From an uncultured SAR86 cluster bacterium (lineage in GTDB: Bacteria > Pseudomonadota > Gammaproteobacteria > Magnimaribacterales > D2472): a stretch of 64,000 nt of DNA. The DNA lies in the NCBI GenBank assembly GCA_905181595.1, contig CAJIYI010000001.1, positions 3,551 through 67,550 of the forward strand, written 5' to 3'. Positions 41,842-52,467 of the stretch are shown in pieces. The translations under genes were made by a program, and so were the position numbers. The notes below the pieces were generated by a model. It was not told the origin of the DNA, searched no databases, and saw only the letters and a list, made by a program, of their open reading frames with translations. The stretch's first letter is position 1. Each line of letters starts with the position of its first letter.

Positions 41842-42632
41842 GCTTTTTTAATCGATGTGGTAAGTAATATCAGCCCAATAATAAACATCGGAATGCTTAG
41901 CAATTGGCCCATGCTTAATTGTAATGTAATAAATCCCATGTGTGCATCAGGCTGTCTAAAGAACTCAATAAAAAATCTAATGGCTCCATATCCCATGAGA
42001 AAAGAGCCGCTAATGATCCCAGTTTTAGTGGTATTTTTTCCAATCCACATCAGCAATATAAACAGAATCACTCCTTCAAATAATGCTTCATATAATTGAG
42101 AGGGATGTCTTGTTAGCCCATATGGATCTGTAGGGAAGATAAAGCCCCAACTCCCATCTGTAGGTCTGCCATACAGCTCTCCATTCAGAAAGTTACCAAT
42201 TCTGACCAGACCAAGACCGATCGGCATGGCAGCACAAATTGCATCTGCAAGACGTAAAAAAGATATGGAGTGTTTGACGGAATAGACATATAGACTAACA
42301 ATCACTCCCATTAAGCCTCCATGAAAACTTAGCCCGCCTTCCCAAACAAAAAAAAGACTTAGAGGATTTGCTGCCAATTGATCTAAGCCATAAAAAAACA
42401 TGTAGCCAACTCTGCCGCCAAGCATGGCACCAAATATTAAGCCATACAGAAAAACAATGTCATTTGTTTGCTCTTCGCTTAAGCCTAACCCAAGAATAAT
42501 AGGATGCGTTTTAAGATATTGAAAAATTAATACAGCAGAAAGCACCCATGTCACCGCATAGTATTGAATTTTAATAAAACCAAAATCTATCAGACTTGGG
42601 TTATTAAAAAATTCAGAGAGTTCTACTATCAA
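41838..42632 (-). CDS. lgt: prolipoprotein diacylglyceryl transferase Lgt
   Basis: IQYYAV, FHGGLMG, RIGNFLNGELYGRPT and HPSQLYEA are present. Confidence 0.9.
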   Translation of the reverse strand: MIVELSEFFNNPSLIDFGFIKIQYYAVTWVLSAVLIFQYLKTHPIILGLGLSEEQTNDIVFLYGLIFGAMLGGRVGYMFFYGLDQLAANPLSLFFVWEGGLSFHGGLMGVIVSLYVYSVKHSISFLRLADAICAAMPIGLGLVRIGNFLNGELYGRPTDGSWGFIFPTDPYGLTRHPSQLYEALFEGVILFILLMWIGKNTTKTGIISGSFLMGYGAIRFFIEFFRQPDAHMGFITLQLSMGQLLSIPMFIIGLILLTTSIKKA

Positions 42633-43432
42633 CTGATCATTACCATGACACCAACCATGATTAAAAATATACCAAACATTCTTTTTAGTGTTACTTCCGA
42701 CAGAGAATGACTCAAGTTTGCTCCAACCTTAGCGGTCAGAATGCTGGCAAATGAAATGGCTGCAACCGCAGGCCAGAAAACAAATCCAGATGTAAAGTTG
42801 GGAAGATCTGAGTTTCCTTGTCCAAATAACATATATCCTAAAGCTCCTGCTATAGCTATAGGGACGCCACACGCTGCCGCTGTCCCAATTCCTTTTCTAA
42901 TATTATAGCCTCCAGCAATCATCAAAGGAGTGGTGAAAGAGCCACCTCCAATTCCAATGATCGATGATAGAAAACCAATCCAAGATCCGTGAAGTGGAGC
43001 TGTAACATTGGAAATAGATAAAGTTTTTTTAGTTTTGTTGATAATGAATTGTGAGTAACTAAAGACCATTTCAACCCCAACAGCAAAAAGAAATATTGTA
43101 ATAATTAATTTTAAATCATTGCTTTCCAGCGAGGTTGCATACTTAGATCCAACCAGAGCTCCAACAACCATTCCAATGGATAGAGGTGTTACAAGAGGCC
43201 ATTCAACACTATGTTTTAAATGATGGGAATAAGCTGAAGACAGGGCAGAGAAAAAAATACTGGTTAAAGAGGTGCCAATGGCTAAGTAAATAACTATAGA
43301 TGCTTCAAAACCCATGCCATAGAAAATGAACATAAGAGCGGGAACTAAGACAGAACCTCCTCCAATACCAAACATGCCAGCCAGCAGACCAGTAGATGCA
43401 CCAAGAGCCAAAAAGATAACAATATCAATCAT
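42629..43432 (-). CDS. TauE/SafE (DUF81) family anion exporter
   Basis: 267 aa with eight TM helices. It has the duplicated GIGGGS motif (GMFGIGGGSVLVP and IIGIGGGSFTTP). Confidence 0.75.
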   Translation of the reverse strand: MIDIVIFLALGASTGLLAGMFGIGGGSVLVPALMFIFYGMGFEASIVIYLAIGTSLTSIFFSALSSAYSHHLKHSVEWPLVTPLSIGMVVGALVGSKYATSLESNDLKLIITIFLFAVGVEMVFSYSQFIINKTKKTLSISNVTAPLHGSWIGFLSSIIGIGGGSFTTPLMIAGGYNIRKGIGTAAACGVPIAIAGALGYMLFGQGNSDLPNFTSGFVFWPAVAAISFASILTAKVGANLSHSLSEVTLKRMFGIFLIMVGVMVMIS

Positions 43433-43907
43433 TGGCTATGGCAATATATGTTGGAAGAAACTCATTTAGCACTTTTGCGTAAACATCTTTTTTGAATGGC
43501 ACAATATGGGATAAGGGATACCAAAAGCTCACCCATTTATGGTCAACAAATTCTTGCTCTACTTCATTTAAAAGATTTATTTCTAGTTCAGCCCTAGCTT
43601 TAAATAAAAACCATTTTTGAGTCTGCCCTTTAAACCGCTTCATGCTTTCAGATCTTTTTTGGTATTTTTTTGGTAAATCATAGTGATACCAATGAGAGCT
43701 TTTTTGAATAATTTTTACATCTTTTTGTTTAATGCCGACTTCTTCAAAAAGTTCTCTATGTGCAGCTGCTCTAGGAGATTCTCCGGTATCAATTCCGCCT
43801 TGAGGAAATTGCCATGTTTGTTGATCCTTTCTTCTGCAGACCAATAATTGATTCTCTTGATTCAACACAATTAAGCCAACATTTTTTCTATAAGATTTAT
43901 CATTCAT
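43425..43907 (-). CDS. rppH: RNA pyrophosphohydrolase RppH (NudH)
   Basis: YRKNVGLIV is present, and the Nudix box is WQFPQGGIDTGESPRAAAHRELFEEVG. Confidence 0.9.
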   Translation of the reverse strand: MNDKSYRKNVGLIVLNQENQLLVCRRKDQQTWQFPQGGIDTGESPRAAAHRELFEEVGIKQKDVKIIQKSSHWYHYDLPKKYQKRSESMKRFKGQTQKWFLFKARAELEINLLNEVEQEFVDHKWVSFWYPLSHIVPFKKDVYAKVLNEFLPTYIAIAND

Positions 43908-43923
43908 GTTAGATTAACCCCTT

Positions 43924-44592
43924 ATGAGTAAGCCTGCTTTAGTAATTTTTGATTTAGATAATACCATTTTAAACGGTGATTCAGATTATGCGATGATTAA
44001 TTATCTGGTTCATACTCAAGCCCTTGATGAGAGTGCAGGAAAACAAAATCAAATATTTATTGAGGACTATCAAAGGGGCGAACTAGATTTTGATGCCTAT
44101 ACAACCTTTGCCTTAAGTGCATATATTGGGATGACTCGCACAGAGATTAATGAATACATGCGTCCATTTGTCACAAAGGTAATAGAGCCAATGATCAATA
44201 CTCTTGCACTCAAGATCATCCATGATCACGGTGATAGCGGGGATACCATTCTTCTTGCAAGTGCAACGAATGAACTTATTGTTCAGCCAATAGCAAAAAG
44301 ATTAGATATTCAAAATGTGATTGGCACGCAAGTAAAATTTATAAATGATAAATGTACAGGAGAATATATTCCTCCATCGGCTCTTGGTGAAGGCAAACTG
44401 CAGCTTGTTCAGCAATGGATGCAAAAAAATAATTTCGATGATTTTAGTGGCGTAACATTTTACTCAGATTCGATTAATGATTTGCCGCTTTTAGAGGCTG
44501 TAGACTTTCCCAAGGCTGTAAACCCAGATGCGATGCTTGAGAAGATATCTTTAGAGCGAGGCTGGGAAATTATTGATCTGCCTATACTCTAG
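43924..44592 (+). CDS. HAD-IB family hydrolase (SerB-like)
   Basis: [15 protein letters not shown] is present, with LASATNE as motif II and [11 protein letters not shown] as motif IV. Confidence 0.7.
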   Translation: MSKPALVIFDLDNTILNGDSDYAMINYLVHTQALDESAGKQNQIFIEDYQRGELDFDAYTTFALSAYIGMTRTEINEYMRPFVTKVIEPMINTLALKIIHDHGDSGDTILLASATNELIVQPIAKRLDIQNVIGTQVKFINDKCTGEYIPPSALGEGKLQLVQQWMQKNNFDDFSGVTFYSDSINDLPLLEAVDFPKAVNPDAMLEKISLERGWEIIDLPIL

Positions 44593-47438
44593 GCTTCGTC
44601 TTTAAAGTCAGACATTGATGGGCAGGTGCACATCAAGTTGCGATCCCCATAAACATTATCAACTCTTCCAATTGGGGGCCAATATTTATTTTTAGCGCCA
44701 TTATCTGCAGGATAAGCAGCAACAGATCGAGGGTATTTATACCTCCATTGATCTCCAGTGACTACCTGAGCACAATGTGGGGCATTCCTGAGAGGGCTAT
44801 CTTCCATTGCATATATATTGTCTTCAACGTCCTGTATTTCCTTTCTGATGCTAATCATCGCTTCAATAAATCTATCAAGCTCGACGAGGGATTCACTTTC
44901 AGTGGGCTCAATCATTAATGTGCCAGGAACAGGAAAGGACATTGTTGGGGCATGGAACCCAAAATCTACCAAACGCTTGGCTATGTCGTCTACTTCAACT
45001 CCGCAAAGCTCCTTTAAAGGTCTAATATCTATAATGCACTCATGAGCAATGAGCCCATTTTGACCTGTGTACAAAACTTTGTAGTGCGGGCTGAGTCTTT
45101 GAGCAATATAGTTAGCGCTTAAAATGGCTACTTGAGTGGCTCGTCTTAAGCCAGTTGCACCCATCATTTGGATATACATCCAGCTGATCGGTAAGATAGA
45201 AGCGCTGCCAAAATTTGTTCCAGAAACAGGCCCAACATTATTCGATGAAGCATCATAGGTTAATGGATCAGTGGGCATGTGAGGCACTAAATCTTTTACC
45301 ACTCCAATTGGTCCAACGCCTGGTCCGCCACCTCCATGAGGAATGCAGAATGTTTTATGAAGGTTTAAATGTGATACATCTCCCCCAAATTCTCCAGGTT
45401 TGCATAATCCAACCATTGCATTTAGATTTGCGCCATCGATGTAAACCTTACCGCCATGGGCATGAATAATCTCGCATACATCTGTAACTGTTGCTTCAAA
45501 GACTCCATGGGTAGAAGGGTAGGTAATCATGATTGCGGCTAACTCATCAGAGTATTTTGCAGCTTTATCTGTGAGATCTTCCAAATCAATGTTTCCTTTT
45601 TTATCGCAACTTACTGGAATTACTTTCATGCCAGCCATTTGTGCCGATGCTGGATTAGTTCCATGAGCTGACTCAGGAATTAAGCAAATTTTTCTCTGCT
45701 GGTCACCGTTTGCTCTGTGAAATGCATCGATGGCTAGCAGGCCAGCATACTCACCCTGAGAACCAGCATTTGGCTGTAATGATATCGCTGAGTAACCGGT
45801 GATTGTTGCCAATTTCTTTTCAAGGTCACTAATAAGTATTTGATACCCTTGCGTTTGCTCCTTTGGAGCATAGGGATGGATATTTGAAAATTCTTCCCAT
45901 CCCACAGGGATCATTTCTGAGGTTGCATTAAGCTTCATTGTGCATGAGCCCAGAGGGATCATTGCTCTATCCAAAGCTATGTCTTTGTTGCAAAGATTTT
46001 TTATGTAACGCAACATTTCTGTTTCAGTTCTGTATAAATGAAATACAGGGTGAGTTAAATAAGCCGAGGTTCTCTCAAGTGCATTAGGTATTCCATATTT
46101 GTTATCGCTTGGGGTCGAGGTATCAAAGTTAGCAAATAAACTGGCCAGCTCTTCAACATCAACTTGTGATGTAGTTTCATCCAATGAAATACTGACTAAG
46201 TTCGAGCTGATACATCTAATATTAATTTTTTTGGCTTGAGCGGCTTTAATAATGTCATTTGTATAGCTCTGAGCATCAATGCAGATGGTGTCAAAAAATG
46301 CATTAGAGGTGATTTCAAATCCTTGCTCATTAATTTTTTTAGCTAGCCATACAGTGTGTGCATTGATTGACTTAGCAATGTGCTTGAGACCTTCGGGCCC
46401 ATGATAAGCCGCATAAAAACCAGCCATGATTGCTAACAATGCTTGGGCTGTGCAGATGTTACTTGTGGCTTTCTCTCTTCTGATGTGCTGTTCTCTGGTT
46501 TGCAGGGCTAAGCGATATGCTGTCTTCCCATGCTCATCGATAGAAGCACCGACCAATCTGCCTGGCAATGATCTCTTGTAAGCTTCTTTGGTTGCCATAA
46601 ATGCTGCATGAGGCCCACCAAATCCAAGAGGCACCCCAAATCTTTGCGAACTTCCAATAGCAATATCAGCCCCAAGCTCCCCAGGACTTTTTATTAGAGT
46701 GAGCGCCATCAAATCTGTTGCCATAATTGCCAGCCCATTGTGACTGTGCAGGTTTGAAATAGCCGCTGTAAAATCACAAATTTCTCCGTGATTATTTGGG
46801 TACTGAATTAGGGCTCCAAAATAAGTTTCTTCAGACAGGCTTTCAAGCGTTCCAGGGTCTCCAACCACCACCTCAATTCCTATTGGCTTTGCTCTCGCGC
46901 TCACCACCGCAATGGTTTGGGGAAAGCAATTCTCATCAATAAAAAATTTTTGAGATTTAGATTTTCCTACTCGAGAAGCAAGCGTCATGGCTTCAGCTGC
47001 AGCTGTTGATTCATCAAGAAGAGAAGCATTGGCAATCTCTAGACCGGTAAGGTCTCCCACCATGGTTTGAAAATTAATTAATGCCTCCAGTCTTCCTTGT
47101 GCAATCTCTGGTTGATAGGGAGTGTAGGAGGTGTACCATCCAGGGCTTTCAAATACGTTTCTTAAGATAACCTTTGGAGTAATGGTGCCAAAGTAGCCTT
47201 GTCCGATAAAAGATCTAAACACTTGATTCTTTTCTGCGATCTTCTGTAATGCTTGCAGAGCCTCTTCTTCTGTCATGGGCTCATCCATCTCAAGATCTTC
47301 CCCAACAAAAATATTTTCAGGCAAGACAGCTTTTGAAAAATCTTCTATATTTTTATAGCCTAGCTCAGCAAGAAGACCATCGACATCGGATTGATTTAAA
47401 CCAATATGCCTGCGAGCAAAATTATTGTAATTATCCAT
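44589..47438 (-). CDS. gcvP: glycine dehydrogenase (decarboxylating) GcvP, single-chain
   Basis: 949 aa. [15 protein letters not shown] and [16 protein letters not shown] (with the PLP Lys) are present. It follows gcvT-gcvH. Confidence 0.95.
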   Translation of the reverse strand: MDNYNNFARRHIGLNQSDVDGLLAELGYKNIEDFSKAVLPENIFVGEDLEMDEPMTEEEALQALQKIAEKNQVFRSFIGQGYFGTITPKVILRNVFESPGWYTSYTPYQPEIAQGRLEALINFQTMVGDLTGLEIANASLLDESTAAAEAMTLASRVGKSKSQKFFIDENCFPQTIAVVSARAKPIGIEVVVGDPGTLESLSEETYFGALIQYPNNHGEICDFTAAISNLHSHNGLAIMATDLMALTLIKSPGELGADIAIGSSQRFGVPLGFGGPHAAFMATKEAYKRSLPGRLVGASIDEHGKTAYRLALQTREQHIRREKATSNICTAQALLAIMAGFYAAYHGPEGLKHIAKSINAHTVWLAKKINEQGFEITSNAFFDTICIDAQSYTNDIIKAAQAKKINIRCISSNLVSISLDETTSQVDVEELASLFANFDTSTPSDNKYGIPNALERTSAYLTHPVFHLYRTETEMLRYIKNLCNKDIALDRAMIPLGSCTMKLNATSEMIPVGWEEFSNIHPYAPKEQTQGYQILISDLEKKLATITGYSAISLQPNAGSQGEYAGLLAIDAFHRANGDQQRKICLIPESAHGTNPASAQMAGMKVIPVSCDKKGNIDLEDLTDKAAKYSDELAAIMITYPSTHGVFEATVTDVCEIIHAHGGKVYIDGANLNAMVGLCKPGEFGGDVSHLNLHKTFCIPHGGGGPGVGPIGVVKDLVPHMPTDPLTYDASSNNVGPVSGTNFGSASILPISWMYIQMMGATGLRRATQVAILSANYIAQRLSPHYKVLYTGQNGLIAHECIIDIRPLKELCGVEVDDIAKRLVDFGFHAPTMSFPVPGTLMIEPTESESLVELDRFIEAMISIRKEIQDVEDNIYAMEDSPLRNAPHCAQVVTGDQWRYKYPRSVAAYPADNGAKNKYWPPIGRVDNVYGDRNLMCTCPSMSDFKDEA

Positions 47439-47496
47439 AAATATTTAAAAGTCTTAACGATTCAACAGCTTCGAGTCAGCTGTTTGCATAACGGGG

Positions 47497-47883
47497 CTAA
47501 TCTTCACAGACCTCGCTGTAATCTTCTGGTGACAAAAGGTTGTCTGTCTCACTTAAATCCGATGGCATCATTTTGTAAAACCAACCATCTTCGTACGGAG
47601 AGGAATTAATAATCTCTGGCTGATCTTCCAGGATAGAATTGATCTCTGTGACTTCACCAGAAATTGGAGAGTAAACATCAGATGCTGCTTTTACCGACTC
47701 TACAATTGCAGCGTCAGTTTCAGCGTCTATTGATTGACCTATGTCTGGAAGTTCTACAAAAACAATATCTCCCAACAAGTCTTGCGCATGATCACTAATG
47801 CCTATTGTTACAGAGCCATCAGGCTCTACTCGAACCCACTCATGTGAAGAAAGAAATTTTAAATCGCCTGGAATGTCACCCAT
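47497..47883 (-). CDS. gcvH: glycine cleavage system H protein
   Basis: SHEWV is present, and the lipoyl-lysine motif is VESVKAASDVYSPISGEV. Confidence 0.95.
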   Translation of the reverse strand: MGDIPGDLKFLSSHEWVRVEPDGSVTIGISDHAQDLLGDIVFVELPDIGQSIDAETDAAIVESVKAASDVYSPISGEVTEINSILEDQPEIINSSPYEDGWFYKMMPSDLSETDNLLSPEDYSEVCED

Positions 47884-47885
47884 GG

Positions 47886-48956
47886 CTATATTTTACCTTG
47901 TCTCAGGAATCTAGGGGACACAAAATCAATATTTAAGGCTTTATTTCTGATCATAACCTGGCCTTTGTCCCCGTGCCCTTGATCAACTCGAGCTAAACCG
48001 ATGCTGGCCTCAAGAGTTGGGGAATAAGTTCCGCTCAAAATAATACCTTTGCCTTGCTCATGTGTGATTTCATAACCTGGCCTTAGCACTCCACGATCCT
48101 TTAAAAGAACTCCAATAATTTTTTGACTTATCTCTTTATCAACTTTTAATAAGGCATTTTTACCAATAAAATCTCTGGCTTCATCCTTCATGTCTATGGT
48201 CCAAGCTAGGTTAGATTCATAAGGATGATTGTTAATTGTCATGTCGTTGCCATAGAGGTTCAGCCCAGCTTCAAGCCTTAGGGTATCTCTTGCGCCCAGA
48301 CCGATGGGCGTACATCCTTCAGCTAAAGCTTTTTCCCATAGATTGACTATGACATCATTGGGAACAATTAACTCAAGACCGTCTTCTCCTGTGTATCCTG
48401 TTCGGGCATAAAGATGCTCATCTGAAAACATACATCCAAATGGCTCAAGATTTTCTACCAAAGAAGAAATTTCATTCATGGCCAGTATTTTTTTCATTGC
48501 CTCTGGCCCTTGGATGGCCAAAATTCCCATGTCCATTCTTTCCACAACCTCCACACCAAAATCTACAGCATGTTTTTTATACCAATCAAAATTCTGCTCC
48601 CGCGTTGAACAATTAGACACAAGTCTAAATTTATCGTTTGCATGGTAAATAATTAGATCATCTAAAATACCACCATCTTCATTTAGCAAGACACCATAAA
48701 GCGCCTTATTTTCATTGGCAATTTTTTTAATGTCATTGGCAAAAATCTTTTCAAAAAAACCTATTTGATCTCCTCCATTAAAATCAAATACAGCCATGTG
48801 GGATACATCAAAAATACCAGCAGTTTCTCTCACCGCATGATGCTCTTCTATCAAGGACGAATAAGTAATTGGCATCTCCCATTGAGCAAAGTTCACCATT
48901 TTTGCACCTAAATTAATATGTGAAGAGTGCAGGGCAGTATTTTTGGGTTGAATCAT
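47886..48956 (-). CDS. gcvT: aminomethyltransferase GcvT
   Basis: It has TALHSSHINLGAKMVNFAQWEMP, FDVSHM and TGYTGEDG. Confidence 0.95.
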   Translation of the reverse strand: MIQPKNTALHSSHINLGAKMVNFAQWEMPITYSSLIEEHHAVRETAGIFDVSHMAVFDFNGGDQIGFFEKIFANDIKKIANENKALYGVLLNEDGGILDDLIIYHANDKFRLVSNCSTREQNFDWYKKHAVDFGVEVVERMDMGILAIQGPEAMKKILAMNEISSLVENLEPFGCMFSDEHLYARTGYTGEDGLELIVPNDVIVNLWEKALAEGCTPIGLGARDTLRLEAGLNLYGNDMTINNHPYESNLAWTIDMKDEARDFIGKNALLKVDKEISQKIIGVLLKDRGVLRPGYEITHEQGKGIILSGTYSPTLEASIGLARVDQGHGDKGQVMIRNKALNIDFVSPRFLRQGKI

Positions 48957-49055
48957 TGCTTGTATCTATTGCTGAGTAAGTCGAAGAACATAATAATATT
49001 TTAATGTATTTAGGATGAGTTGAGCTTTAACTTTTCAAGAACTTTGTGATATCCT

Positions 49056-49076
49056 AAATGAGAATGATTCTCATCA
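49056..49076. promoter_or_regulatory. Fur-box-like palindrome upstream of FTR1 permease
   Basis: ATGAGAAT-G-ATTCTCAT at 49058-49074 has perfect 8-bp arms. By hand alignment, about 11 of 19 positions match GATAATGATAATCATTATC. It lies 23 nt upstream of the iron permease ATG. Confidence 0.45.
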
Positions 49077-49096
49077 TATAAAAAAAAGGAAATAAC

Positions 49097-49939
49097 ATGG
49101 CTGAATTTATAATTGTTTTCAGGGAAGTGCTAGAGGCCTCTTTGGTTGTGGGAATTATTTATCTGTTAATAGAAAAAACTAAACAGAACGAGCATTTTTC
49201 TCAGCTATGGTATGGAGTGTTTGCATCAATTTTAGCGAGTATTGCGGTGGGCTATCTGGTCATTCAGGCTAAGAATTCCTTAGGAAATAATTCCACTCAA
49301 GCTCTATTTGAAGCCGTATTCTTATATTTAACAGCATTCTTAATTTGGTATGTCATTTTCTGGCTTTCAAAAAATGTCAGCGATAAAAAAGTCCTTGAAG
49401 GCCAAGCACTTAATGCAATGGAATTATCGTCGTGGGGAATATTCTTTGTAGTATTTTTTGCCATCTTAAGAGAAGGTTTTGAAACAGCCATCTTTTTAAT
49501 TTCTAGCTTCTCCATTACAGGTACTTTTTCATACCTAGGGTTTTTCTCTGGGGCTGTTCTAGCAATCTTAATTGGCTACTTAATTGTTGCGCAGGGCAGA
49601 AAGGTTGATCTCAAAAGTGTTTTTAAATATACAACTCTCTTACTTGTATTTCTTTCAGCTGGAATGATTGCTTACGGAACTCATGAAGCAGAAGAGTACT
49701 TGGTGAAATCAGGCCAAATGGAAAAATCTGAAATCTACCGAGTATGGAATGTATTAGAGCCCACCGAAGTAACTCCAGGGGCCGGCAAGACATCTCATAT
49801 CCTGCATGACAAAGGGACAATTGGGGTTTTTCTTAAAGGCTTTTTTGGCTACAACAGCAATCCAAATATCATAGAAGTTGTCTTGTGGGTTTTAGCCTTG
49901 ATGTTTGGATTAAACATGTGGAGACGTTTTTATTATTAA
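49097..49939 (+). CDS. FTR1/EfeU-family high-affinity iron permease
   Basis: Two REXXE iron-binding motifs are present, REVLE in TM1 and REGFE in TM4. The protein is a multi-pass membrane protein. Confidence 0.8.
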   Translation: MAEFIIVFREVLEASLVVGIIYLLIEKTKQNEHFSQLWYGVFASILASIAVGYLVIQAKNSLGNNSTQALFEAVFLYLTAFLIWYVIFWLSKNVSDKKVLEGQALNAMELSSWGIFFVVFFAILREGFETAIFLISSFSITGTFSYLGFFSGAVLAILIGYLIVAQGRKVDLKSVFKYTTLLLVFLSAGMIAYGTHEAEEYLVKSGQMEKSEIYRVWNVLEPTEVTPGAGKTSHILHDKGTIGVFLKGFFGYNSNPNIIEVVLWVLALMFGLNMWRRFYY

Positions 49940-50830
49940 CTAGGAGTCTAGTTGGTCCATATTCTTAATTGCTTTATCCATCTGCCTTTCTCGTGTGGCG
50001 TGCTCATTTACAGCCTTTAGCATGGCATCAGTTTTTTTCTGGAGTTCCTCGGTAGAACCTCCAAAATTTTCAAACTCTTTTTTTAGTTTTCCAAACTCTT
50101 GCATGATTTCGCTTGCTCTCTCATTGAGGGCGAGAGTCCTAAAGCCCATATGAACACTGATTAAATAAGCCGCTAGAGAATTTGGACCCATGATTAATAC
50201 TCGGTGATCTCTAAAGATTTGCTCTCTAATATTATCTATGGAGTCTATAAGCTGCATGAGAGATTCGCTTGGTATATACATTATCCCTAGATCTACTGTC
50301 ACCCCAGACTGCATGTATTTACCTTTAATGTCTGCAGCGTCTTTTTGAATATGTCTTCGAATAGCATCCATACAACTTTTAATTAATGGAGAGTCACTGG
50401 TATCAACAGCAGTGAGATAGTTATCAAATAAACCAGAAGGAAACTTAGCATCAATAGGCAAGAGCAAACCCTCAGGCAACTTGATTGCAAACTCAACTCT
50501 TTTGCCTGTACCAGATATAACTTCTGCGTTGGCAATAAATTGATCAGCATGGAAAATATCTCTGATGATGGCCTCTAATGACCACTCTCCAAATTTACCA
50601 GCTAGCGTTCCCCCTGATAAATAACGGTTAAGCTTGCCAAGAGGGTCATGAAAAGATCGAATATCTTCTGATAAATTAGACAGTTTAGTTTCTTGCCTTT
50701 CTACAGCCTTATCTAAATCCCTAAAGGATTCCTTGGAACTTACTTTTTCAGGGTCAGCTCTGAGATTTAGATAAATTAAGATACCTAATAGAAAGATTAT
50801 TACGATCAAAAGGATGGATATGTATGCCAC
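49940..50830 (-). CDS. rmuC: DNA recombination protein RmuC
   Basis: It has an N-terminal TM helix and the motifs LPIDAKFP, IMYIPSESL and VLIMGPNSL. At 296 aa it is shorter than E. coli RmuC. Confidence 0.8.
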   Translation of the reverse strand: MAYISILLIVIIFLLGILIYLNLRADPEKVSSKESFRDLDKAVERQETKLSNLSEDIRSFHDPLGKLNRYLSGGTLAGKFGEWSLEAIIRDIFHADQFIANAEVISGTGKRVEFAIKLPEGLLLPIDAKFPSGLFDNYLTAVDTSDSPLIKSCMDAIRRHIQKDAADIKGKYMQSGVTVDLGIMYIPSESLMQLIDSIDNIREQIFRDHRVLIMGPNSLAAYLISVHMGFRTLALNERASEIMQEFGKLKKEFENFGGSTEELQKKTDAMLKAVNEHATRERQMDKAIKNMDQLDS

Positions 50831-50879
50831 TGATTACTTTATCCTATAAAATATATTTACCAATATAGCTAATGATACT

Positions 50880-52088
50880 ATGGAAAAATCTTTGGAATCT
50901 AAATTTGCTGCTTTAAAGTCTAAGGGCTTTCAGATTGACCTGACCAGAGGAAAGCCAGGTTCTGATCAGCTAGACCTGTCTAATGAGATGCTCAGTGCTC
51001 CAGTATCTTCACAAAGCTCAAGCGGTATTGATATCCGTAACTACGGCGAACCTTTGGGTATTCCTGAAGCAAGAGCGCTGGGCGCCAGTCTTTTATCCTC
51101 GCCTACAGAAACCACTTTAGTAGGAGAGCAGTCTAGTCTTTTGCTCATCTACCAATTAATACTTTCAAACTACTTATTTGGCTTGAAAACACCCTGGAAA
51201 GATCAGGGTAACCTTAAATTTATTTGTCCTGTACCAGGTTTTGATAGGCACTTTAGGTTATTAGAAGACTTTGGCATTGAAATGCTTACCATTCCATTGA
51301 ATGGCACAGGAATAGATCTAGATGCATTCCATGCATTGCTTGCAGAGCATGAAAATATCAAGGGCATTATGTGTGTGCCCCGACATTCTAATCCAACAGG
51401 CGACACCTACAGCGATGAAAACATTATTTCGATCATAGAGGCTGGCAAGGCTTATTCAGAAGAGTTCCTATGTATATTTGATCATGCTTATTTATTGCAT
51501 GACTTTTTGCCATCGCCAAGCCAAACGCCAGTTTGGGAGCTTGCAACTCAATTAGATGCCAAGGATCAAGTGGCAGTCTTTTGCTCATTTTCGAAAGTTA
51601 CATTTGGCGGTGGTGGCCTAGCTTTTGCTGCTGCAGGAAAAAAACTTTTTGATTTGCTGTCTAGGCAAAGAGCCTCAATGATTGTTTGTTCAGATAAAGT
51701 TAATCAAAAGCGACATCTTGAATTTTTAAAAGATAAGGCAGGGGTTATAGAGCATATGAAAAAACATGCTGAGATTGTTCGCCCTAAATTTGAGGTTGCG
51801 TTCGATGCTCTTGATGCCTTAAGTCCAGAAATTGGAACTTATCAAAAGCCTACTGGTGGGTATTTTATCTCCTACGACGCCAAGAGACCTATTGCCAAAA
51901 GAGTCATCCAGCTTTGTAAGGAAGTGGGAGTGCTTATAACCCCAGCGGGCTCAACTTACCCCCATTTTCATGATCCTCTGGATTCAAATATTCGTCTGGC
52001 TCCTACGTTTCTTGGAGTTGAGGATTTACAGGATGCAATGGAGGTTTTTGTCACGGCAATAATGCTTGCCCATCAAGAACTAGACTAG
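50880..52088 (+). CDS. PLP-dependent aminotransferase (class Ic aspartate aminotransferase-like)
   Basis: It has DLTRGKPGSDQLDL, CPVPGFDRHF, SNPTG and SFSK (candidate PLP Lys). The pattern recalls the Corynebacterium AspT-type family. The subclass call is from memory. Confidence 0.65.
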   Translation: MEKSLESKFAALKSKGFQIDLTRGKPGSDQLDLSNEMLSAPVSSQSSSGIDIRNYGEPLGIPEARALGASLLSSPTETTLVGEQSSLLLIYQLILSNYLFGLKTPWKDQGNLKFICPVPGFDRHFRLLEDFGIEMLTIPLNGTGIDLDAFHALLAEHENIKGIMCVPRHSNPTGDTYSDENIISIIEAGKAYSEEFLCIFDHAYLLHDFLPSPSQTPVWELATQLDAKDQVAVFCSFSKVTFGGGGLAFAAAGKKLFDLLSRQRASMIVCSDKVNQKRHLEFLKDKAGVIEHMKKHAEIVRPKFEVAFDALDALSPEIGTYQKPTGGYFISYDAKRPIAKRVIQLCKEVGVLITPAGSTYPHFHDPLDSNIRLAPTFLGVEDLQDAMEVFVTAIMLAHQELD

Positions 52089-52429
52089 TTGATAGCCCTA
52101 GCAACGGGCATAAATTTCCCATTCTCAAAATGAGAGAACAAGTTTTGTATTTCAGGGTGTCTGGGCAATTCTTCTGAGTCATCTTTTAACAAATTTTGTT
52201 CAGACACATAGGCAATATAAAAAATCTCTCCATTTTCAGCAAACAGATGATAAAAAGGCTGCTCTTTAATTGGTCGAATAGAAGAGGGAATAGATTGGTA
52301 CCATTCTTCTGTATTATTGAACTCTGGATCCACGTCAAATATGACGCCTCGAAAATCTAGGTAGCGATGTTTCACTATTGCACCAATAGCAAACTTTGTT
52401 TCAACGAGCTCTTGTTTTATATTGTCCAT
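52085..52429 (-). CDS. hspQ: heat shock protein HspQ (hemimethylated DNA-binding YccV domain)
   Basis: FAIGAIVKHRYLDFRGVIFDVDPEF and PFYHLF are present. Confidence 0.85.
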   Translation of the reverse strand: MDNIKQELVETKFAIGAIVKHRYLDFRGVIFDVDPEFNNTEEWYQSIPSSIRPIKEQPFYHLFAENGEIFYIAYVSEQNLLKDDSEELPRHPEIQNLFSHFENGKFMPVARAIN

Positions 52430-52467
52430 GTAGATAATTAAATCATACCAAGTTTAAGGAACAAATA

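Noticed and set aside
48957-49096. Possible glycine riboswitch in the leader of gcvT-gcvH-gcvP
   Set aside because: I read both strands of the 140-nt region. The conserved GGAGAG...CACCG / ACCGAAGGGGCAA-type elements are absent, and the region is AT-rich with only the Fur-like palindrome.
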